Source of the DNA: Limnohabitans sp.
Lineage (GTDB): Bacteria; Pseudomonadota; Gammaproteobacteria; Burkholderiales; Burkholderiaceae_C
DNA: 52,087 bases
Direction: 5' to 3'
NCBI GenBank assembly: GCA_009693225.1
Contig: SHXP01000001.1
Location: forward strand, 1 to 52,087
Below the pieces are notes generated by a model. The model saw only the letters and a list, made by a program, of their open reading frames with translations. It did no database searches and was not told the origin of the DNA. Made by a program: the position numbers and the translations under genes. Shown piece by piece: positions 1 through 7,464 of the stretch. Position 1 is the first letter of the stretch. Each line of letters opens with the position of its first letter.

Positions 1-1143
1 GCCCACTTGCAAGCCGCTGGTGTTTTCAACAGTTGCTGGCAATGTACCAACTGTGCCAGTAGCTTGACTAATAGTGACGTCACGTCCATCCAGTGTGAAC
101 AAGCTATATGAGCCAACATAGGTGGTGGCTGCTGCCAATTTCAAACCAGTAGTGGCTGCTGACAATGTCGTAAGCGTCAAATTGATATTGCGACCATCTG
201 CAGCAAGCAGAGTAACGCCAGTTTTATCATCGCCTGTATCTGATGCAGTAACTCCGGTTTGAGAAGTGATTGCATTAATGGCATTAACAGCTGCTTTACG
301 AGACAGGCTGGTATCTAGAGATGTTGTGAATTGATCAGTCACAACACCGTTGATTGTCACAGTGCCACTGGATACAGCAGTTTGTGCTGTCATTATTGTT
401 CCAGAGATATAGTTGCCCTCGGCTCGAGCATAAACACCACTTAAATTCGCAACCCGATTAATAGCGGCTGCTTTGGCAATGGCACTTGTAGCTTTACCTG
501 CCAATGGTGAAGCTGTATCGTCGTCTGCCAAAGAAGCGCCAACGGCGACGCCATTCAAATAGAGAGAACTAGCTGCTAAAGCTGCTCGCGTTGCTGAAGT
601 GCCAACGGCCGACTGCAAAAACGCTTTAGAACCAATACCAATGTCCTTGGTTTTCAAGGAATCAAAACCAATTTTCATAGTGTCACCAGAATTGACGCCA
701 GATTGAATGACCACGTTTTGTGCGGTGCCGTCCAACAGCTTGATGTTGTTGTGGTTGGTTTTGGTGGCGATGTCGTCAATTTGTTGTTTCAGCTGAGAAA
801 TTTCCAATTGCAGTGAAGAACGATCGTTGTCGTTCAAAGTGCCGGTGCCGGCTTGCACAGCCAATTCACGCATGCGTTGCAGAATGTCGCCGACGTTGCC
901 AATTGCACCTTCAGCGGTTTGTGACATAGAGATAGCGTCATTCACGTTGCCGATGGCCTTGGCCATGCCGCGAATCTGCGAGCTCATGCGGTTGGTGATG
1001 GCCAAACCGGCGGCGTCGTCTTTGGCGCTGTTGATTTTGCTGCCTGTAGACAAACGCTCCATGGCCTGGCTCAGGCTAAGGTTGCTGGAACGCATGGACT
1101 CTTGGGCGACAAGTGCTTTCACGTTGGTATTGATCACTGACAT
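1..1143 (-). CDS. fliC: Flagellin (N-terminal 381 codons; runs off the window edge)
   Basis: Not in the ORF track because it is truncated. Manual translation from ATG 1143 gives MSVINTNVKALVAQESMRSSNLSLSQAMERLSTGSKINSAKDDAAGLAI...ILQRMRELAVQA, the canonical flagellin N-terminus. AGGGAG SD upstream; frame open to position 1. Confidence 0.97.
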   Translation of the reverse strand, partial: MSVINTNVKALVAQESMRSSNLSLSQAMERLSTGSKINSAKDDAAGLAITNRMSSQIRGMAKAIGNVNDAISMSQTAEGAIGNVGDILQRMRELAVQAGTGTLNDNDRSSLQLEISQLKQQIDDIATKTNHNNIKLLDGTAQNVVIQSGVNSGDTMKIGFDSLKTKDIGIGSKAFLQSAVGTSATRAALAASSLYLNGVAVGASLADDDTASPLAGKATSAIAKAAAINRVANLSGVYARAEGNYISGTIMTAQTAVSSGTVTINGVVTDQFTTSLDTSLSRKAAVNAINAITSQTGVTASDTGDDKTGVTLLAADGRNINLTLTTLSAATTGLKLAAATTYVGSYSLFTLDGRDVTISQATGTVGTLPATVENTSGLQVG

Positions 1144-1206
1144 GGTGTTACTCCCTGAAGATGAGTTTACTGAAACATTTCAAGACAACTTGTCCTGATG
1201 GTTGAT

Positions 1207-1233
1207 GATTCGACTTTGAAAAAAAATTCTTTA
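1207..1233 (-). promoter_or_regulatory. sigma28 (FliA) promoter of fliC
   Basis: Minus strand TAAA-N15-GTCGAATC versus consensus TAAA-N15-GCCGATAA, about 65 nt upstream of the start codon. Confidence 0.8.
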
Positions 1234-1249
1234 ATCAAAATTTAACAAA

Positions 1250-1606
1250 TCAAATCTTTTTGTTCAAAAGCAAGCCCTTAAGGGCTTCAATGTTGTGCGC
1301 AACCTTCACCACCGCCTCATTGGGTATTTGACGAATCACTTCTCCGGTGTCTTCATTGCGCACCACCACAATCGGTCTGCCCAAGGCCTCGTCCATGGCG
1401 AAGGTGACATTGCGGCCACCGTCACGCATTTGCTCGTTCAAGCGACCAATGGTTACTTCCAAGTTTTGTTTCATGCGCTCCATGTCTACGGGAACCTCAG
1501 ACTTGGCGGGTGCTGTATGCGAAGCGGCTGCTACAGGAATCGACGGAGATGGCCTCAAAGTTACCTGAGGGGGTGTGCTTGAAATGGGTTGAATAGAATT
1601 AATCAT
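1250..1606 (-). CDS. flaG: Flagellar protein FlaG
   Basis: C-terminal F.MDE..GRPIVVVRNEDTGEVIRQIPNE motif typical of FlaG. Start placed at ATG 1606 after an AGAAAGG SD (ORF track starts at 1639). Confidence 0.9.
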   Translation of the reverse strand: MINSIQPISSTPPQVTLRPSPSIPVAAASHTAPAKSEVPVDMERMKQNLEVTIGRLNEQMRDGGRNVTFAMDEALGRPIVVVRNEDTGEVIRQIPNEAVVKVAHNIEALKGLLLNKKI

Positions 1607-1652
1607 GGGCGGCCTTTCTAAGATGTCAAATGACACCAATCGATAAGCCTGT

Positions 1653-1679
1653 ATATCGGCACGAAACGCTAAAGCTTAA
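1653..1679 (-). promoter_or_regulatory. sigma28 promoter of flaG
   Basis: Minus strand TTAA(G)-N15-GCCGATAT. Confidence 0.8.
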
Positions 1680-1816
1680 ATAGCTTGTAATTTTAATTAT
1701 TGAGATTGATTCGGTTGATCCTGGAATTTCTTTATCATTCATAGGCATTTAATTTGGGCACACTAGAACATTTGCGCAATTTTTTAACTAAAAAAATGCA
1801 AATTTACTTTTAAAAG

Positions 1817-1834
1817 TGTAAAGATTGTAAAGAT
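1817..1834. repeat. Tandem 9-bp direct repeat TGTAAAGAT x2
   Basis: Exact duplication in the AT-rich divergent intergenic region upstream of the second flagellin. Confidence 0.6.
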
Positions 1835-1929
1835 CGCTCGAGTTTTTGGTTGTTCTGTATCTGCTTGTCTGATACTTCTTTACTAGTGGCAATTTCTTGC
1901 CGCTCACCCATGTTTTAAGAGGTACGGCC

Positions 1930-4050
1930 ATGATCATCAACACCAATATGGATGCCATCACAGCAGCATTGGCTTACTCAGACGCTACCACTGCGGCATC
2001 TACAGCAAGTCAACGCATCAGTACACAACTACGCATCAATAGCGCCAAGGACGATCCTGCAGGGCTGGGTATAGCCAACAGATTGAGCGCAAATATTTCT
2101 TCTTATGCCAGGGCAGTACATAACATCAATCAAGGAATTTCCGCTCTGTCCACCGCAGACTCTGCCATGTCGTCGATTCAAACCATCTTGACTTCGATGA
2201 AAACCTTGGCCACCTCTTCTGCCTCTGGTACCGCCAGCAGTACCACGTTGACCAGCAACCAGACAACGTTTGCATCTTACATTTCACAACTAGACTCTGT
2301 TGCCAACACCGCCTATTTCAATAATGTGTCGCTTTTAAATGGCAACACACCCACAATCAAAGTTCAAACTGGTATCAATGCAGGAGACACGACGACATTA
2401 AGTTTTGGCTCTTTGCTGTCATCAGCAATTGGCTCAGGCAGCTCACTGGCTTTGACCTCTCTGGGCTCATCCACCACAGCCATGACCTCTGGAGATTTGG
2501 TGTTAAATGGTTTTACCGTCGGTGCATCCCTTTCTACCGATGACACCTATTCCTATACCTCTAATTCTGGAAGTGCTATAGCAAAGGCTGCAGCCATCAA
2601 CCGCATTACTGCTACCTCAAATATCAAAGCCGAAGTAGGCACTACCCAAGTCGAAGGCAGTGCCATGTCCGCCGCAGGTACGGGAACAGCAGGAACTATA
2701 ACCATCAATGGCACTGCAATTTCAATCACTTTGTTGTCTTCCAGTGATTACGCCACCAACCGAGCAGCAGTCGTGACCGCCATCAATCTCAATTCTGGAA
2801 CCACAGGTGTTACTGCCACTGATAATTTATCCACTACCAACGGGGTAACTCTAAAAGCCGCCGATGGAAGAAACATCACGGTGGCATTTGACGGTGTAAA
2901 TCTAACGGCCGCCACCACGGGCGTAGGTGCTGCCGGCACTTACGCGGGCGTTTACACTCTGCGAAGTTTGAGCCAAGGCAGCATCGTCGTTAGCAGCAAT
3001 GTTGGCGGCACACTGGCAAATGCCGATCTCGGTTTAGGCACTTACAGTAGCAATACTGCCCAGTTCTCCAACAAAGCCCGAAGCGGTTCTATTGCGGCCC
3101 CAACAGCACTTACTGCTGGAGATCTGATGATCAACGGCTACAACATAGGCGCGGCGTTCACATCCGACGATACGGCCTCTGTAGCTACAACCACTTCCTC
3201 AACCAAAGCAGCCAGCGCGATTTCCATGGCTGCTGCTATCAATCGTCAAACTTCATTCACAAAAGTGACCGCTACCGTCAACCCAAACGTTGTAGAAGGA
3301 ACTGGGTTTTCTGCAGGTGCGGTCGACACCATTTACCTGAACGGCGTATCCATTGCCGCGACTTTAACCACCAGTTCAACTGCGGCTGATGTGGTGACTT
3401 TGCTCAACACCTATACGGGACAAACCGGTGTGACTGCCACCAATAACGGAAGCGGTGTAACGCTCACAACATCAGATGGTAGAAATATCGCAATCGGTGT
3501 GAGCAATGGCGGCGCTGCAGTAGCCGGTACGCGTATTGGTATGGGAGGTAACGCAGGACTTACCGGAGCGGCTGCCAGTTCGGCAGGCGCCATGACTTAT
3601 TTGTCTACGGTAAAGCTCACATCAACAAATGGCACATTCACCATTGCCCCAGGCAGCAATGGGACCACAAATTTCAGTACGCTTGGCTTTAGAGAAGGTA
3701 CGTACGGCGGTGGATCAACTTCCACCAAAGTTTCCAGCTTGGACATTTCCACGTCAACGGGAGGCACCAATGCCTTAACAACCCTAACTGATGCTATCAA
3801 CATGGTTTCACAGTACCAAGCTACCGTTGGCGCCTTACAAAATCGCATGTCTTACCAAACCAGTTATGTGAACAACCTCAAGACCACATCTACCACGGCA
3901 TACGGAAATATCATGAATTACGATCTGGCCGCTGAAACTGCAGCGCTTGCTACTGCAAAAATTAAGCAAAATGCATCCATGGCGATGCTGGCACAAGCCA
4001 ATATTTCTCAAGACATGGTTTCTTATTTACTAAAGCAGTACATAAAATAG
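1930..4050 (+). CDS. Second, divergent flagellin or flagellin-like protein (706 aa) with a duplicated variable domain
   Basis: N-terminal MIINTN...QRISTQLRINSAKDDPAGL and C-terminal VGALQNRM...I.NYDLAAETAAL...MAMLAQAN. ATG 1930 follows an AGAGG SD. Confidence 0.9.
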   Translation: MIINTNMDAITAALAYSDATTAASTASQRISTQLRINSAKDDPAGLGIANRLSANISSYARAVHNINQGISALSTADSAMSSIQTILTSMKTLATSSASGTASSTTLTSNQTTFASYISQLDSVANTAYFNNVSLLNGNTPTIKVQTGINAGDTTTLSFGSLLSSAIGSGSSLALTSLGSSTTAMTSGDLVLNGFTVGASLSTDDTYSYTSNSGSAIAKAAAINRITATSNIKAEVGTTQVEGSAMSAAGTGTAGTITINGTAISITLLSSSDYATNRAAVVTAINLNSGTTGVTATDNLSTTNGVTLKAADGRNITVAFDGVNLTAATTGVGAAGTYAGVYTLRSLSQGSIVVSSNVGGTLANADLGLGTYSSNTAQFSNKARSGSIAAPTALTAGDLMINGYNIGAAFTSDDTASVATTTSSTKAASAISMAAAINRQTSFTKVTATVNPNVVEGTGFSAGAVDTIYLNGVSIAATLTTSSTAADVVTLLNTYTGQTGVTATNNGSGVTLTTSDGRNIAIGVSNGGAAVAGTRIGMGGNAGLTGAAASSAGAMTYLSTVKLTSTNGTFTIAPGSNGTTNFSTLGFREGTYGGGSTSTKVSSLDISTSTGGTNALTTLTDAINMVSQYQATVGALQNRMSYQTSYVNNLKTTSTTAYGNIMNYDLAAETAALATAKIKQNASMAMLAQANISQDMVSYLLKQYIK

Positions 4051-4089
4051 ATTAAAAAGATTGATTTATTTCTTCTTTTTCTGAACTGT

Positions 4090-4116
4090 TAAAGAAAAAT
4101 CCATTGCTGCCGATTC
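4090..4116 (+). promoter_or_regulatory. sigma28 promoter of the 72-aa ORF
   Basis: TAAA(G)-N15-GCCGATTC, near consensus, about 28 nt before ATG 4145. Confidence 0.8.
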
Positions 4117-4144
4117 TTCTAGGGGACACCCTTAGGCAGCATCA

Positions 4145-4363
4145 ATGATCATCGAACGACTGGAACTCAACCAACTGGCTTTGACGAGCAATATACATAC
4201 GCTCGAAACGTTGGGCATTGGTGACAGCATTTTTTGTGATGACCTGAAAAAAGCCCATAGCTTGCGCGCACTCTCCTATTATTTTGTTCGTACCCGCAAA
4301 CTGTCGCGCAAATTTGTGTTTCGCAAGATGGACCACGGCTGGCGCATCATCCGTATCCATTAA
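4145..4363 (+). CDS. Small basic hypothetical protein (72 aa)
   Basis: Fills the gap between flagellin 2 and fliD, has its own sigma28 promoter, and reads as a protein (LGIGDSIF...[16 protein letters not shown]). Confidence 0.7.
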   Translation: MIIERLELNQLALTSNIHTLETLGIGDSIFCDDLKKAHSLRALSYYFVRTRKLSRKFVFRKMDHGWRIIRIH

Positions 4364-4368
4364 CTGTT

Positions 4369-6465
4369 TTATTTGTTGGTGTAAGTGGCCATCATGCCGT
4401 CAAAGGTGTACTTCAGGCTGGTCTTCTGGCTGTTGACACTGCCGACCAAACTGTCCATGGCGGCAAACTGCTTTTGGTAACGGGCCAACAAAGCATCCAT
4501 GCGGGTTTGCAGTTTGGTCAATTGCGCACGGTAGTTGGTGTTTTCTTTGTTGGCGTTCTCACTCTTGGTCAACAATGGGCCTGTGGCAGACAACAAGTTG
4601 GTCAACTTCTTGACTGCATCACCTGCAATACCCGCAGGTAAGCCGCTGTAAACACTCAATTTGTTGTAGCCCCCGGTGAACATCTTGGCGATGTCATCGA
4701 CGCCAGTTTGCAGCGCGGTGTCCAACTTAGTTTCCTCCAGTGACAACACACCGGTTTGGTCCAGACTGAAGCCCAGCTGACTCATCGACTGGTAGGTGGT
4801 GCCTGGTGTGCTCGATACCCCAAAAATCAACGCACGCATTTGCTGTCTTACCATGCGGGCCGTACTGTCCCCTACCAAAGTGGCACCATAGGTTTCCAAG
4901 GTGGACTTGGTGTTGGTGGTTTCTTTGATGATGTTATCGAAATCGTTGTAGGCGGTGACCAAGGCAGTTAATTTGGTTTTCAGTGCGGACGTGTCACGCG
5001 CCAGATTGATACTGGCTGGCGTGCTGCTCACCGCCTTGAGGTTCAAAGTCAGGCCTGGAACAATGTCTGAAATTGCATTGCTTTGGCGGGTGTAACTGAT
5101 GCCGCCCACAGTGACGCTAGCGTCACTCGCAGCATAACCACTGGGCGTTGCAAACCCTGCACCAAACACACTGCCAGTGTCGTCGCTTGACACACTGAAG
5201 CCCTCGGTCGCACCGGTACTTCCCGTGATCATGACCTTGTAAGGTGAGACTGCACTGCCATCGTTAATCAGCTGTGCTTTGTAGCCTCGGTTGGATGCGT
5301 TGATGGCAGACACCACACCCGCAGGCGTGTCGACATAGGTTTTTTTGATCAGACCAATCTCAGTGATGGCTTTGCCAGAAGCAGAGCTGACCACCAGACC
5401 GTTGGTGCTGTCATAGGACACACTGATATTGGTGTTGCCGTCAAAGGTGCGCAATTGCGTTTGCAGATTAGCCGCCAAAGAAGCCATGTTGGCGGTCAAA
5501 GGCGCGGGTATCAGTGAACGCTGAGTACCGGCGATGGTCACAGTGAATGCGCTGAAATCATTCACCGAAGGGTTAGTGCCAAAACTTGTACCGGTAATGG
5601 TTGAGGTTCCCGCTGTGCCGGCCAAGGCACCCGTGTCCAAGTTGATGGTGGTTGAAGTTGACAGCCTGGGGTTGTTGATCACGCGGGTGGTGGTGGCTGA
5701 AACGATCTCAAGCTGGCTGCCGTTGTAGGTCACGCTCAAATCAGATGAACCATCCAAGGCCCGTAAATGACTTTGCAAATTGGCCGCCAAATCACTGATG
5801 GTGGCAGTGGCGGGTGCCGGGGTTATCTTGTAGGTTTTGCCATCAATATCGACAGAAAACGTTTTGAAGTCGTTCACTGACGGTGTGGTGGCAAACGCTG
5901 GCGAGTTGATTGACGCGATGTACGTGGAATAGGACTGGGAAGTCCCAACAGTGGCGTTGGAACTGCCAGCAATGGTCAAGCCAAAACTGCCGCCAGCGTT
6001 GATGCTGGCAGATGAAGAGGCAAAGCCAGCGCTGATGCTGCGTTGGGGCTGTGACAAGGCGCTGACCACAATCTGGTGGTCGCCTATTGAGGCAGCTGCA
6101 GTGGCGGTCACATTCACCGCAGATGTATTGCTGTTGGCAACGGTCAGCGTATTGAAGTTGTCTCGATCTTTGACCGCAGTCAGCGCAGTCTTGAACTCAG
6201 ACATCATGAACATCACCGCCGACATACCGCTGACCTTGCTGTCGTTCTTTGCAATCTTTGCGTTGATCGCGTTTTCTTGCGGTGCTTTTTCAGCGTTGAC
6301 CAAATTTTGCGCCAGAGAAGCCACATCCACCCCAGAGCCTGCACCCAATGAGGTAATGATTTTTTGTGCATTGGCTTTGTTAGCCGCTGTGACTTGCGCA
6401 GCGTTCATGGTGGTCCCGGTGGTGGACGCTGTTGAGCTGCGTGAAGTGACAGGTGCGGTGGCCAT
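4369..6465 (-). CDS. fliD: Flagellar filament cap protein FliD (698 aa, two inserted repeats)
   Basis: ITSLGAGSGVDVASLAQNLVNAEKAP N-terminus; TRQSNAISDIVPGLTLNL; RYQKQFAAMDSLV C-terminus. Confidence 0.96.
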   Translation of the reverse strand: MATAPVTSRSSTASTTGTTMNAAQVTAANKANAQKIITSLGAGSGVDVASLAQNLVNAEKAPQENAINAKIAKNDSKVSGMSAVMFMMSEFKTALTAVKDRDNFNTLTVANSNTSAVNVTATAAASIGDHQIVVSALSQPQRSISAGFASSSASINAGGSFGLTIAGSSNATVGTSQSYSTYIASINSPAFATTPSVNDFKTFSVDIDGKTYKITPAPATATISDLAANLQSHLRALDGSSDLSVTYNGSQLEIVSATTTRVINNPRLSTSTTINLDTGALAGTAGTSTITGTSFGTNPSVNDFSAFTVTIAGTQRSLIPAPLTANMASLAANLQTQLRTFDGNTNISVSYDSTNGLVVSSASGKAITEIGLIKKTYVDTPAGVVSAINASNRGYKAQLINDGSAVSPYKVMITGSTGATEGFSVSSDDTGSVFGAGFATPSGYAASDASVTVGGISYTRQSNAISDIVPGLTLNLKAVSSTPASINLARDTSALKTKLTALVTAYNDFDNIIKETTNTKSTLETYGATLVGDSTARMVRQQMRALIFGVSSTPGTTYQSMSQLGFSLDQTGVLSLEETKLDTALQTGVDDIAKMFTGGYNKLSVYSGLPAGIAGDAVKKLTNLLSATGPLLTKSENANKENTNYRAQLTKLQTRMDALLARYQKQFAAMDSLVGSVNSQKTSLKYTFDGMMATYTNK

Positions 6466-6489
6466 ATTGAATAAGAGTTATCGGTTAAG

Positions 6490-6516
6490 ACATCGGATGA
6501 AACAACAAAACCTTGA
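6490..6516 (-). promoter_or_regulatory. sigma28 promoter of fliD
   Basis: Minus strand TCAAG-N14-TCCGATGT. A second -10-like element, ACCGATAA, lies at 6478-6485. Confidence 0.6.
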
Positions 6517-6519
6517 GTA

Positions 6520-7449
6520 TCAGTTGATGTAATTGAACAAACTCAACTTGGAAATCTTGGCGAAGCTGCTTTGCGCGGCTTCCAGTGCCAGTTGGTCTTT
6601 GTTCATCTTGGTGATGGCTTGGGTGTAGTCCAAATCTTGGATGTCCGACATGGTGGTTTTCAAGCGCAAGGTGATTTCGTCCAGCACATTGTTTTGAGAA
6701 TCCACCACATTCAGGTCGGTGCCGACTTGAGCAGTGGCGTCGCTCAGACCTTGCTGTAAGGTGTCAATTTCGCTGATGCCACGCTGAATCGCCACACGAT
6801 TGCTGCCTTTGACCGCGTCAATCAAATCACCTAGAGACTGGAAAAACCCCACACCGACTCGGCCACCCTTGCCATCATCGCGCACCACATTGGTAAACGC
6901 GTCCGATCCTGGAATGTTTTGGTTCATGCGCCGGTTGTCGCCCACGCCCACCACCATTCGAGCCTGGTCACCTTTGTAAACAATCACACCTTTGGCGTCA
7001 GACGAAAACGGCATTTGGCTGACCCGGCTGCCCGCAAACAAATAGTTGCCATTCGAATCCTGCGAATTTGCCAGACTCAGTATCTGGGTTCGCAGTTCGG
7101 TCATTTCCAGCGCAATGGTTTTTCTATCAGCCGCGCCCAAAGTGTCGCTGGCAGCTTGCACCGTCAACTCCTTCATGCGGTACATGACATCGCTGGTGCT
7201 GTTCAATGCGGTTTCCTCCGCCATGAGTCTGATTTCAATAGACTTGATATTTCCTTGGTAGCTTTTTTGACGGGCAATCTCAGACTCCAAGCGAGTCACC
7301 AACGAGGCCTTATCCGGTTCATCGCTGGGCTTGGTGATTTGCTTGCCCGTGGACAACTGTTCTTGTGTTTTGGCCAGACTGCCCTGCACATTGCCCAATT
7401 GTGCACTGGCGCGGTCAAAAAACATGCTGGTAGAAACTTTCATGACCAT
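6520..7449 (-). CDS. flgL: Hook-filament junction protein FlgL
   Basis: QEQLSTGKQITKPSDEP, NGNYLFAG, DLDYTQAI...SLFNYI motifs. Confidence 0.96.
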   Translation of the reverse strand: MVMKVSTSMFFDRASAQLGNVQGSLAKTQEQLSTGKQITKPSDEPDKASLVTRLESEIARQKSYQGNIKSIEIRLMAEETALNSTSDVMYRMKELTVQAASDTLGAADRKTIALEMTELRTQILSLANSQDSNGNYLFAGSRVSQMPFSSDAKGVIVYKGDQARMVVGVGDNRRMNQNIPGSDAFTNVVRDDGKGGRVGVGFFQSLGDLIDAVKGSNRVAIQRGISEIDTLQQGLSDATAQVGTDLNVVDSQNNVLDEITLRLKTTMSDIQDLDYTQAITKMNKDQLALEAAQSSFAKISKLSLFNYIN

Positions 7450-7464
7450 GGTGTCATCTCCTTA

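Noticed and set aside
827-1198. 123-aa plus-strand ORF and the many other antisense ORFs (e.g. 5951-6532, 6919-7830, 25240-26337, 37652-38806, 39597-40616, 41283-42359, 43093-44067)
   Set aside because: They are shadow frames opposite well-supported genes in GC-rich DNA, with no recognisable motifs.
1887-1900. sigma54-like TGGCAATTTCTTGC upstream of flagellin 2
   Set aside because: Spacing is GG-N9-GC, and sigma54 needs N10; not called as a promoter.
4142-4360. 72-aa minus-strand ORF mirroring the small plus-strand ORF
   Set aside because: The plus-strand frame has the correctly placed sigma28 promoter and a more protein-like pattern; the minus frame is treated as its shadow, though not formally excluded.
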